Shown here: positions 18,944-26,781 of the stretch, piece after piece
Layout: every line of letters starts with the position of its first letter
Position numbering within the stretch: the first letter of the stretch is position 1
From: Elusimicrobiota bacterium
GTDB lineage: Bacteria; Elusimicrobiota; Elusimicrobia; UBA1565; UBA9628
Length of the DNA stretch: 48,257 nt
Assembly: GCA_028865585.1 (NCBI GenBank)
Contig: JAGWJU010000001.1
Span: 1 to 48,257 of the forward strand
Reading direction: 5' to 3'
Translations under genes and position numbers: made by a program
Notes under the pieces: generated by a model
What the model saw: the letters and a program-made list of their open reading frames with translations, nothing else
Told to the model about the DNA's origin: nothing
Database searches by the model: none

Positions 18944-18970
18944 TTCGCCCCGGCGGGAAGCCGGGGCGAA
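18944..18970 (+). terminator. GC-rich hairpin after rlmN (10-bp perfect stem, 7-nt loop, no U-tract)
   Basis: TTCGCCCCGG (18944-18953) pairs with CCGGGGCGAA (18961-18970). Starts 22 nt after the rlmN stop and is followed by TCTCCT, not a T-run. Confidence 0.5.
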
Positions 18971-19083
18971 TCTCCTAGGCGGGATGCGGCTCTGTTGTCG
19001 TTCGTGGTGCCGTACCGTTGCGAACCTGGAGAAAGCTTACCAAGGCCGCGTCACGAAAATGTTTCGCGGCCGTGAAAAAGTTG

Positions 19084-19113
19084 TTGCCGGAAAGGCCGGG
19101 GGTTTGGTATCGT
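19084..19113 (+). promoter_or_regulatory. Sigma70-like promoter with extended -10 (TTGCCG-18-TGgTATCGT)
   Basis: TTGCCG at 19084-19089, 18-nt spacer, TG at 19105-19106, TATCGT at 19108-19113, then 6 nt to the GTG at 19120. Confidence 0.4.
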
Positions 19114-19119
19114 CACCCC

Positions 19120-19392
19120 GTGACGCGCACAGCGCTCGGGAAAATCGCGGCCGCGTTTTTTGCCGGCTGCCTGTTCCTCCTGACCATCCACGACTTGGCC
19201 CACGCCAAGGAGAAGCACTCGGCTCCCTGCCAGGTCTGTGTGATGGTCGCGCGCACTGCGGCGCACACGGCCAAGGCCGCGCCGCATGTCATTGCCCGCG
19301 CCGCGCGGATCAGCGACGCGCCCCTTCCCGTCATCAAGCTCGTGTGTCGCGCGCCGTCCCCCGCCGCCTCCCGCGATCCGCCCGCCGCCTAG
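19120..19392 (+). CDS. Small membrane-anchored His/Cys-rich protein (CxxC), reminiscent of DUF2946-type proteins
   Basis: In frame within ORF 19018..19392. From GTG 19120 it reads (M)TRTALGKIAAAFFAGCLFLLTIHDLAHAKEKHSAPCQVCVMVARTAAHTAKAAPH.., that is one TM helix, several His and a CxxC. It lies directly upstream of the porin/metal-uptake genes, and the promoter position supports this start. Confidence 0.4.
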   Translation: MTRTALGKIAAAFFAGCLFLLTIHDLAHAKEKHSAPCQVCVMVARTAAHTAKAAPHVIARAARISDAPLPVIKLVCRAPSPAASRDPPAA

Positions 19393-19460
19393 AAAGCCGC
19401 CCGTTCTTCCGTTCCGGGTTTGTTCCCGTTCGTACGACGATTTTAATTTGGAGGTTTCCC

Positions 19461-20603
19461 ATGCGTTCGATTCTCTTATGCGGCCTGTGCGCCGTCCTGC
19501 TTCCTCTTTCGGCCTGGGCGGACTCCCAAGGCGCGTCCGCGGTTGAGAGCGGCATCATCACATCTTACGTTCCCAGCGTGCCCAAGCTGTTTCTGCCCGA
19601 CTTCGGCATCGCCGGAGACTTCGCCTACCAGCGCACCAGCCTGACTAAAAAGGATCCGCGCTACAACAACGGATCCATCAACCAGCCGCAAATTCGCGAC
19701 GGTCAAATCGTGGCGTTTTCTCCCATCGATCCCTACGCCAACGCCCAGTTCACCGTCGACCTGCCCGGCAGCGGCACGCCCAACGTCCAAGAAGCCTGGG
19801 TTTATTTCGATCAGCTGCCCTGGGGCGTGGACATGCGCGCCGGGCGCTTCCTGCCCCAGTTCGGGCTTCTGGATCAGCAGGACACCTTCCAACTGGCCAT
19901 GCTCAACCGCCCAAGCGCCATCGGCGACTACATCGGCTCGGGCGGCATGGACGCCTCGGGCGCGGAGGCCGACTTCTACGTGCCTAATCCGTGGAACTTA
20001 AACCTGAAGGCGGACTTGAACGCCGTCGAGGGGGACGTCCTTGGCGGCACGGCTCAAAAAGGCGAATTGGCGTACCTGGGGACTCTCGATTATTCGGGAG
20101 ACTTCCTGACCTCCGGATCCATCGAGGCCGGCGCCAGCGCGGCCCAGGGGCCTTCGCCCTACGGGCTCGCGGAAACGCTGGTCGATCCTTACTTCCAGGT
20201 TCAGTATGCCCCGTCCCAGCGCCGCGTCTGGACTTGGAGCGTGGAGGGCATGCTGGCCGAACGCCGGGGGCTGGGCGGCGCCGACTTCAAGAAAAGCGTC
20301 TACACCTTCCTGGACTACAACTTCGCGCTCTTCTACCACGTCGGCTTCCTTGTGGACGTCGCGGACTTGCCCGGGGCGCTGCCCGGCGTGACCTATCCGG
20401 GGGCCTTCCCCGATGCGTTCGCAGGAGCGCCTTCCTATGGGACGCAGGTGAGCTTCGCGCCCAACTTCACCTGGTTCGTCTCGGACAACACGCGCCTGCG
20501 GCTGCAGTACACGCACACCACGCCCGTGGGCTCGGAGCGTCCTGATGAAACCGCGTCCCTTCAGCTTACCTTCTCGCTCGGGAACTTGAAGCAGCTCAAC
20601 TAG
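19461..20603 (+). CDS. Porin-like outer-membrane beta-barrel protein (porin O/P-like pattern)
   Basis: ORF 18984..20603 trimmed to ATG 19461, with a GGAGG Shine-Dalgarno at 19450-19454. Signal peptide MRSILLCGLCAVLLPLSAWA/D. EAWVYFDQLPWGVDMRAGRFLPQFG resembles the porin O/P family motif, and alternating beta-strand pattern runs to the C-terminus. Confidence 0.65.
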   Translation: MRSILLCGLCAVLLPLSAWADSQGASAVESGIITSYVPSVPKLFLPDFGIAGDFAYQRTSLTKKDPRYNNGSINQPQIRDGQIVAFSPIDPYANAQFTVDLPGSGTPNVQEAWVYFDQLPWGVDMRAGRFLPQFGLLDQQDTFQLAMLNRPSAIGDYIGSGGMDASGAEADFYVPNPWNLNLKADLNAVEGDVLGGTAQKGELAYLGTLDYSGDFLTSGSIEAGASAAQGPSPYGLAETLVDPYFQVQYAPSQRRVWTWSVEGMLAERRGLGGADFKKSVYTFLDYNFALFYHVGFLVDVADLPGALPGVTYPGAFPDAFAGAPSYGTQVSFAPNFTWFVSDNTRLRLQYTHTTPVGSERPDETASLQLTFSLGNLKQLN

Positions 20604-20620
20604 GATCAACGAAAGGAAAA

Positions 20621-21568
20621 ATGGAGAATTTTATGCTTAAAAAAATGAAGTTCGCGCCGTTGTTTTTGGCGGCATTTTTGTGCGCCGCCGTTCCGGGCGC
20701 GTGGGCCGGCCGCCTGCGCGTCCTGGCCACGACGGATTACATCGCGGCCCTGGCCAAGGCCGTCGGCGGGGACAAGGTCTCGGTGGATTATCTTTCGCCC
20801 GCGGGCTTCGACGCGGACGGCTATTCGCCGCGCCCGCAGGACATCTTCAAGGTCCATCAAGCCCAGCTTTTCCTCATGATCGGCTTGAACTTGGAGGACT
20901 GGGCCCGCGACGTGGTCAACGCCGCCAACAATCCGCACCTGATCAAGGCCCAGATTTACCACGGCATCAAGCTGTTGGACAAGCCGACCGGCCCGATTAA
21001 TTACAGCTTCGGCGACATCCATCCTTACGGCAACCCGCATTTCCAAACGGACCCGGAGGACGGAGGCATCATGGCCAAGAACATCTACCAGGCCCTGGTC
21101 TACGCGGATCCGTCCAATCAGGCCTATTACGCGAAAAACCTGGCCGACTTCGAGGCCCGGCTCACCAAGGCCGCGGCGCGCTGGAGGGCGGAGCTGGCGC
21201 CCTATAAAGGAGACGCCATTTTGCCCTACCACGAATCCTGGCACTATTTCGCCGAGGCCTTCGGCTTCGTCGATCCCAACCCGCCCTTCACCATCGAGGA
21301 AAAGCCGGGCTTCGTGCCCTCGCCGCGCCGCATCGAGGACGTGATCCAGGACGGCAAGGCCGCCCACGTCAAGCTGGTCATCACCGAGCCTTACTATGAC
21401 GTCTCCATCGGCCAAGCCGTGGCCAAGGGCATCGGCGCGCCCTGCGTGGTCATCTCTCTCTACGGCATCGGCGCGAATCCCAAGGAGACGGACTACATCT
21501 CGATGATGAACGTCATCGTCGGGAAGGTCGCCGAGGCCCTGAAGGAGGGCGCCGCCCATGCCGGCTGA
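20621..21568 (+). CDS. Metal ABC transporter substrate-binding protein (ZnuA/TroA family)
   Basis: Signal peptide, then ..VLATTDYIAALAKAVGGDKVSV.., GDIHPYGNPHF, PYHESWHYFAEAFG, typical of cluster A-I metal-binding proteins. Confidence 0.85.
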   Translation: MENFMLKKMKFAPLFLAAFLCAAVPGAWAGRLRVLATTDYIAALAKAVGGDKVSVDYLSPAGFDADGYSPRPQDIFKVHQAQLFLMIGLNLEDWARDVVNAANNPHLIKAQIYHGIKLLDKPTGPINYSFGDIHPYGNPHFQTDPEDGGIMAKNIYQALVYADPSNQAYYAKNLADFEARLTKAAARWRAELAPYKGDAILPYHESWHYFAEAFGFVDPNPPFTIEEKPGFVPSPRRIEDVIQDGKAAHVKLVITEPYYDVSIGQAVAKGIGAPCVVISLYGIGANPKETDYISMMNVIVGKVAEALKEGAAHAG

Positions 21569-22271
21569 GCTTCTGCGCGCCAAGGGCTTGAGCGTCGGCT
21601 ACGGCGCCCACGCCGTCCTGCACGGGATCAACTTCGCCATCGAGCGGGGGGATTTTATGGGCGTCATGGGCCCCAACGGCGCCGGAAAAACCACCTTGCT
21701 CAAAACCTTCCTGGGGCTCTTGAAGCCCCTGGCCGGAAAAATCGAGCTGACGGGGGCCGGCGGAGGCCGGCCCCTGTTCGGCTACGTGCCCCAGCGGGAA
21801 AGCCTGGATCTGCATTATCCCCTGACGTCTCTTGAGGTGGCGCTCATGGGGCGCTTCGGCCGCATCGGCGCCTTGCGCCGCCCGGGCGCGGAGGACGCGC
21901 GCATCGCGCGGGCCTGCCTGCGCCAGACGCACATGGACGCCCACGCGGACAAGCCCTACCGCAAGCTCTCGGGAGGTCAAAAGCAGCGCGTGCTCATCTC
22001 GCGGGCGCTGGCTTCCGAGCCCGAGATCCTGCTTTTGGACGAGCCGACCAACGGCATGGACATCAATTCGGAGAAGGCCATCATGGAGCTCCTGACCGAA
22101 CTGCAGAAAGAAAAGGGCACCACGGTCGTCTTCGTGACGCACTTGATGAGCACCATCGAACGCTACGCGCGCCGCGTGGCGCTCATCACGTTCCAAGGCA
22201 AGCTGCTGGTCGGAGCCAAGTCCGAAATGCTCGCCCCCGACGTGCTGGCGGAGGCCTACAAAAGCCGATGA
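21558..22271 (+). CDS. Metal ABC transporter ATP-binding protein (ZnuC-like)
   Basis: Walker A GPNGAGKTT, signature LSGGQKQR, Walker B LLLLDEP. Confidence 0.9.
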   Translation: MPAELLRAKGLSVGYGAHAVLHGINFAIERGDFMGVMGPNGAGKTTLLKTFLGLLKPLAGKIELTGAGGGRPLFGYVPQRESLDLHYPLTSLEVALMGRFGRIGALRRPGAEDARIARACLRQTHMDAHADKPYRKLSGGQKQRVLISRALASEPEILLLDEPTNGMDINSEKAIMELLTELQKEKGTTVVFVTHLMSTIERYARRVALITFQGKLLVGAKSEMLAPDVLAEAYKSR

Positions 22272-23071
22272 TGCAGATCCTTGCCGTTCCTTTCCTGCGC
22301 AACATCCTGCTGGCCGGAATTTTGGCGGCCGTGGGCCTGGCGCCCTGGAGCGTTTACGTGGTGCTCCGGCGCATCGTGTTCTCCGGCGCGGCCGTGGCCG
22401 AAGTGGCCTCCGCGGCCGTGGCGTTGGCGGTGCTCTTCCAGTTGGCGCCCTTTCCCATCGCGCTGGCGCTGACCGTCTTGAGCTTTTTGGCGCTCTCCCG
22501 CCTGGCCGACTCCTCCACGCTGCCGCCGGAAACCTTGGTGGGCATGATCTACGCCGGGGGCTCGGCCGCCTCGGTGCTGCTCATCGCCAAGGCGCCGCGC
22601 GGGGAGGCCGACATTCTCAACATCCTTTTCGGCAACATCCTCACCGTCCCCACGGCCATGCTGTGGATCCTGGCCGGGGTCTTCGGGGCGCTTTCGCTGC
22701 TGCAGTACCTGGCGGCCAAGGAGTTCCTGATTTCCGCCTACGATCCGGACATGGGGCGCACGCTGGGCATCCGCGTGGGCCTGTGGAACATGATTTTCTA
22801 CGGCTCCCTGGGCGTGGCCGTCGCCGTGGCCATCCGCGCGGTGGGAGCCCTGCTGACCTTTACGCTTTTGGTGGCCCCGGGCGCCTCGGCGCTTTGCCTG
22901 ACCGGGCGCCTGAGCCGCGCGTTCAAGCTCTCGCTGGTCTTCGGCGTGATTTCGGCCGTGGCGGGCGTAGTCCTGTCCTACCAGTTCGATTTGCCGACGG
23001 GCTCGACCATCGTCGCCATTCTGGCCGGCCTGTTCGTCCTGAGCTTTTCGGCAGGCCGCTTGAGAGCCTAG
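22268..23071 (+). CDS. Metal ABC transporter permease (ZnuB-like)
   Basis: 267 aa, polytopic, ABC-3 family pattern (..YDPDMGRTLGI..). ATGA overlap with the upstream ATPase gene. Confidence 0.85.
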   Translation: MMQILAVPFLRNILLAGILAAVGLAPWSVYVVLRRIVFSGAAVAEVASAAVALAVLFQLAPFPIALALTVLSFLALSRLADSSTLPPETLVGMIYAGGSAASVLLIAKAPRGEADILNILFGNILTVPTAMLWILAGVFGALSLLQYLAAKEFLISAYDPDMGRTLGIRVGLWNMIFYGSLGVAVAVAIRAVGALLTFTLLVAPGASALCLTGRLSRAFKLSLVFGVISAVAGVVLSYQFDLPTGSTIVAILAGLFVLSFSAGRLRA

Positions 23072-23099
23072 AAGCTTCGCGACGGCCGCGTCTTTCCCC

Positions 23100-23128
23100 T
23101 TGACTCTCGACGGGGGCGGGGCTATACT
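23100..23128 (+). promoter_or_regulatory. Near-consensus sigma70 promoter (TTGACT-17-TATACT), leaderless ankyrin gene
   Basis: TTGACT at 23100-23105, 17-nt spacer, TATACT at 23123-23128, then 6 nt to the ATG at 23135. Confidence 0.6.
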
Positions 23129-23134
23129 TCGGGC

Positions 23135-23866
23135 ATGCAGGGCGCGGTGCGATCCGCAGGACTTTTGATCCTGACCCTGGCCTTGGCATCGGGGGCCGTC
23201 CAGGCGTCTTCGGCTGCCGCGCCGCTCATCATCGCGGCGCGAAACGGCCAGCTTTCGGACGTGCTCGCGGACTTGGCTCAGGGCCAGAACCCCAACGTGA
23301 CCGATCCCTACGGCTACACGCCGGCCATGTGGGCCATTTCGCGGGGCGGTCTGCAGATTCTTCAGGCGCTCTTGAGCCAAGGGGCCAAGCTTCCCGCTGC
23401 GACCGCGAATTACGTCCCCATCATCGCCGCGGCTAAAAGCGGCAAGGCCGACGTCGTCGACTTTCTTTTGAAGCAGGGCGCCGCCGTCGACGCGCGGGAT
23501 TCCGCGGGGAACACCGCGCTCATCTGGGCCGCGCAGCGCGGCAACGCGGAGGTCGTCTCGACGCTGGTGTCCGCGCACGCCGATGTCAACGCCGCCAATA
23601 ATCGGGGGCAGACGCCGCTCATCCTGGCGGCCCAGTTGGGGGAGACCGATCTCGTCAACCTTCTCGCGAGCCAGAAGGCGGATTTGAACGTCCGCGATGA
23701 CTTCGGCTACACCGCGCTTATCTGGGCCGCGCACAACGGTTTTTCGGCGGCGGCCAAGGCCCTCATCGCCGCCGGAGCCGACCCGTCCATCGCGGGCAAG
23801 GACGGCCTGACCGCCAAGGCCGTGGCCCAACGCCGCGGCTACGCGGGTTTGGCGCAGTCCCTTTAG
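23135..23866 (+). CDS. Secreted ankyrin-repeat protein
   Basis: Signal peptide ..LLILTLALASGAVQA/S followed by ~6 ANK repeats (..G.TPLI.AA..G....V..LL..GA..N..). Confidence 0.85.
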   Translation: MQGAVRSAGLLILTLALASGAVQASSAAAPLIIAARNGQLSDVLADLAQGQNPNVTDPYGYTPAMWAISRGGLQILQALLSQGAKLPAATANYVPIIAAAKSGKADVVDFLLKQGAAVDARDSAGNTALIWAAQRGNAEVVSTLVSAHADVNAANNRGQTPLILAAQLGETDLVNLLASQKADLNVRDDFGYTALIWAAHNGFSAAAKALIAAGADPSIAGKDGLTAKAVAQRRGYAGLAQSL

Positions 23867-24957
23867 GCTGAAGCGGTCCGCGGCGGCGCGGTCAAGAGCC
23901 CGGCGCGGGTCTTGGCCCTGTTCAGCGCCAGGCGGATGAGCCGCTCGATGAGGCTCTTGGCGGGCACGCCCGAGGCGCGCCAAAGGTTGGGGTACATGCT
24001 GGCCGAGGTGAAGCCGGGAATGGTGTTGATCTCGTTGAAATAGAGGCGCCCGGATTTCGACTCCATCAGAAAGTCCGCGCGGCCCATGGCGTAGCCGTCC
24101 AAGGCCCTAAAGGCCGCCAGGGAAAGCTGCTGCACGCGCCGCGCCTGGGCGGCCGAGAGCCGGGCCGGGACGTAGCGCGCCGAGCCGTCCGGGTCGAGGT
24201 ACTTGGAGGCGTAGCTGTAGAACTCCGTCTTGGGAACGACCTCGCCGCAGACGGAGGCCTTGAGCCCCAGGGGATGCGCGGCGGGCAGCGCCGGGTCGCC
24301 CAGCACGGCGCACTCGATTTCCCGGGCCCGCGGCACCGCGCGCTCGAGCAAAATCTTGTCGTCGTAGCGCAGGGCTTCGCGGATCGCGCCGGCCAAGTCG
24401 GCGGGTTTGCCCGCGCGGGAAACGCCTACGGAGGAGCCTTGCCGCGCAGGCTTGACGAAAAGGGGAAAGCCCAAAGCGCGGGCGGCGGCGCGGGCCTCTG
24501 CGAGGGAGCGGGCGGCGCGGTAAGGGACGACGGGAATGCCCGCCTGGGCCGCCAATCGCTTGGCGATTTCCTTGTCCATGCCCGCGGCCGAGGCGAGCAC
24601 GCCGCAGCCGACGTAGGGCACGCCGAAGAGCTCGAGCATCCCCTGCAGAGTGCCGTCCTCGCCGTGCGGCCCGTGCAGGACAGGAAAGATCGCCTCGGGC
24701 TTCCGGGAGCCTCCCAGTTCGCGGGAGAGCTCGAGCGCGGGGCCCAAGGCGCGCGCTCCGGCCGCGGCCTGCGAAACCCGGGAGGCCAGGATGTCCGGCG
24801 ACGCCTTGCGCCAGAGTCCCCGCGCGTCGATGTAGACGAGTTCGGGCGAAAATTTCGAGCGATCGACAGTCTCGTGGATGAATTTGGCCGAGACCAGGGA
24901 CACGTCGTGCTCGGCGGATTTGCCGCCGCAGAGGATCCAAAGGCGGGTTTTTTTCAT
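23863..24957 (-). CDS. ddl: D-alanine--D-alanine ligase
   Basis: ORF 23863..25497 trimmed to ATG 24957 (MKKTRLWILCGGKSAEHDVSLVSA..). ATP-grasp motifs and C-terminal ..YFNEINTIPGFT..SMYP.LW. Confidence 0.92.
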   Translation of the reverse strand: MKKTRLWILCGGKSAEHDVSLVSAKFIHETVDRSKFSPELVYIDARGLWRKASPDILASRVSQAAAGARALGPALELSRELGGSRKPEAIFPVLHGPHGEDGTLQGMLELFGVPYVGCGVLASAAGMDKEIAKRLAAQAGIPVVPYRAARSLAEARAAARALGFPLFVKPARQGSSVGVSRAGKPADLAGAIREALRYDDKILLERAVPRAREIECAVLGDPALPAAHPLGLKASVCGEVVPKTEFYSYASKYLDPDGSARYVPARLSAAQARRVQQLSLAAFRALDGYAMGRADFLMESKSGRLYFNEINTIPGFTSASMYPNLWRASGVPAKSLIERLIRLALNRAKTRAGLLTAPPRTASA

Positions 24958-24977
24958 GCGGCGCTTCGCGGCGGCCG

Positions 24978-26150
24978 TCAGCGGCCCTTGGCCGCGCCGT
25001 TTTTGGCCAGAAGGGCGGCGACCTTGGAGGCGAAGAGCGACTCTTCGAAAGGCTTGATCAGGATGTCCTCGGCGCCGGCCAGGCCCGCCTTCTTGGCGCC
25101 GACCTCGTAGCCGCTGACGATGAGCACCGGAACGCCCGCGGTCCGGCGGTCCCGCTTCAAGCGCTCCAGAATCGAGAGGCCGTCCAAGCCCGGCAGCATC
25201 AAATCGAGGATGACCAGATCCGGCGCGCGCCTGGAGACTTCCTCCAGCGCCGCCGCACCCGTCTCCGCGGCCGCGACCTCGATGCCGTCGCCCAGGCGGC
25301 TCAAGAAAATGACCATGAGCTGCAGGAAGTCCATGTCGTCTTCCACGACGAGGACGCGGCGCGGGGCCGCGCCCGGGGCGAGCCCCGGCGCCGGCTTGGC
25401 GGCCAGGGGAAGGGTGAATTGGGCCAGGCAGCCGGGGCCGGCTTCCGGCCGCCCCGCGGAAATCGCTCCCCCGTGCTGCTCGAGGATCTCGCGGCACAAG
25501 TAGAGGCTCAAGCCCAGGCCCCCGTGGTCGCGCGCCAGGCCGCGCTCGGTGGCGGAAAACGGATCGAACATGCGGCGCTTGTCCTCGTCGGAGATTCCGG
25601 GGCCCGAATCCCGGACTTGGACCCGGGCCTCGCGGCCGTCCGAGGAGAGCCGGACGCGCACGGCGCTTTTCTCGGGGCCGAACTTGTAGGCGTTGAAAAG
25701 CAGGTTGTCGACGACCTCGCCCAACTTTTGCGCGTCGGCCTTGACCCAGACCTCGGCGCCGCCCAGGTCTTGCTCCAGCGCCATGCCCTTGCGGTCCTGT
25801 TCCCGCGAAGTCCGCGCCAGGCGTTCGGCCAGAAACGCGCGCAGGTCCAGGACTTCCATCCGGATGTTCTTTCTCCCTTCCTGGATGTCGCGCGCGGCCA
25901 GGAGGTGGGTCATCACGCGCAGCAGGTCCTCGGCGCGGCTGTAGATGGTGTCGAGGGATTTTTTCTGCTCCGCGGTGAGCGGGCCCAGCGTCTCTTCCTT
26001 AAGGATTTGGACGTAGCCCATGATGACCGAGAGCGGCGTGCGCATCTCGTGAGAGACGCTGGCCAAAAACTCCTTCTTGTGATTCTCCAGGTCCCCGCCG
26101 CGCGCGGCGCCGTTTGAGGGCGCGCGGGCGGGCTCGTTTGGCGCGGCCAT
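24978..26150 (-). CDS. Cytoplasmic hybrid histidine kinase (HisKA-HATPase-REC) without a sensor or TM domain
   Basis: H-box FLASVSHEMRTPL begins ~25 aa from the N-terminus, followed by the N box (NLLFNAYKF) and G box (DSGPGI). The C-terminal receiver domain reads VLVVEDD..DLVILDLMLPGLDG. Confidence 0.85.
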   Translation of the reverse strand: MAAPNEPARAPSNGAARGGDLENHKKEFLASVSHEMRTPLSVIMGYVQILKEETLGPLTAEQKKSLDTIYSRAEDLLRVMTHLLAARDIQEGRKNIRMEVLDLRAFLAERLARTSREQDRKGMALEQDLGGAEVWVKADAQKLGEVVDNLLFNAYKFGPEKSAVRVRLSSDGREARVQVRDSGPGISDEDKRRMFDPFSATERGLARDHGGLGLSLYLCREILEQHGGAISAGRPEAGPGCLAQFTLPLAAKPAPGLAPGAAPRRVLVVEDDMDFLQLMVIFLSRLGDGIEVAAAETGAAALEEVSRRAPDLVILDLMLPGLDGLSILERLKRDRRTAGVPVLIVSGYEVGAKKAGLAGAEDILIKPFEESLFASKVAALLAKNGAAKGR

Positions 26151-26156
26151 GAAATC

Positions 26157-26185
26157 ATTCTACCACCCTTGATTGCGCCGCGCAA
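26157..26185 (-). promoter_or_regulatory. Sigma70-like promoter with extended -10 (TTGCGC-17-TGgTAGAAT), leaderless kinase gene
   Basis: Minus strand reads TTGCGC (26185-26180), 17-nt spacer, TGG then TAGAAT (26162-26157), then 6 nt to the ATG at 26150. Confidence 0.55.
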
Positions 26186-26197
26186 TAAAGTTATTCT
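26169..26197 (+). promoter_or_regulatory. Sigma70-like promoter (TTGATT-17-TATTCT) of the hpt-ftsH array
   Basis: TTGATT at 26169-26174, 17-nt spacer, TATTCT at 26192-26197. The ATG at 26218 is 20 nt downstream with no Shine-Dalgarno in between. Interdigitated with the divergent kinase promoter. Confidence 0.4.
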
Positions 26198-26217
26198 TAA
26201 GGGCAACGCCAATTTTC

Positions 26218-26781
26218 ATGCCGACCGAGTCAAATCCGGTTCCCGCGGGAGTCGAACGCATTCTTTTGGACGAGCGGGCCCTGCGCGCCCGGATCGCGGA
26301 ATTGGGGGAGCGCATTTCGCGCGATTATGCGGGCAAAAAGCCCGTGCTCATCGGCATCTTGAAGGGCAGCGTGGTCTTCCTGGCCGACTTGATGCGCGCG
26401 CTGAGCCTGGACTGCTCGGTGGACTTCATGAGCGTGTCCTCCTACGAGGCCGCCGACTCGACCGGCGTGGTGCGCGTGAACCTCGACTTGAAGGCGAGCG
26501 CCGCCGGCAAGGACCTGATCGTGGTCGAGGACATCGTGGACACGGGCCTGACCCTGCATTACCTTCTGGACAACCTCAAGACCCGCGGCCCCAAGAGCCT
26601 GGAGGTCTGCGCGCTTCTGGACAAGCCCGAGTGCCGGCGCATCCCGGTCAAGGCCAAGTACGTGGGCTTCTCCATCGCCAACGATTTCGTGGTGGGCTAC
26701 GGGCTCGATTTCGACGAGCGCTACCGGAACCTGCCGTATGTGGCCGTTTTGAAAAAGGACGCGACGAATCATGGAAAATAA
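26218..26781 (+). CDS. hpt: Hypoxanthine-guanine phosphoribosyltransferase
   Basis: LIGILKGSVVFLADL, PRPP motif DLIVVEDIVDTGLTL, VGYGLDFDERYRNLPYV. Start taken at ATG 26218, because the ORF-track TTG at 26173 lies inside the promoter. Confidence 0.9.
   Translation: MPTESNPVPAGVERILLDERALRARIAELGERISRDYAGKKPVLIGILKGSVVFLADLMRALSLDCSVDFMSVSSYEAADSTGVVRVNLDLKASAAGKDLIVVEDIVDTGLTLHYLLDNLKTRGPKSLEVCALLDKPECRRIPVKAKYVGFSIANDFVVGYGLDFDERYRNLPYVAVLKKDATNHGK

Noticed and set aside
19045-19070. Imperfect palindrome GCCGCG..CGAAAATGTTTCG..CGCGGC, and the 8-bp palindrome TCGTACGA at 19430-19437, as Zur/Fur operators for the metal-uptake locus.
   Set aside because: The arms are short and neither resembles the Zur/Fur consensus as I know it. 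The first lies upstream of the putative -35 rather than over the promoter. Not supportable without a motif scan or comparative data.
18984-19460. The N-terminal 159 aa of ORF 18984..20603, and the first 34 codons of ORF 19018..19392.
   Set aside because: Basic, low-complexity sequence precedes an internal ATG that has a GGAGG Shine-Dalgarno and a signal peptide (porin). For the small ORF, it precedes a GTG placed 6 nt after an extended -10.
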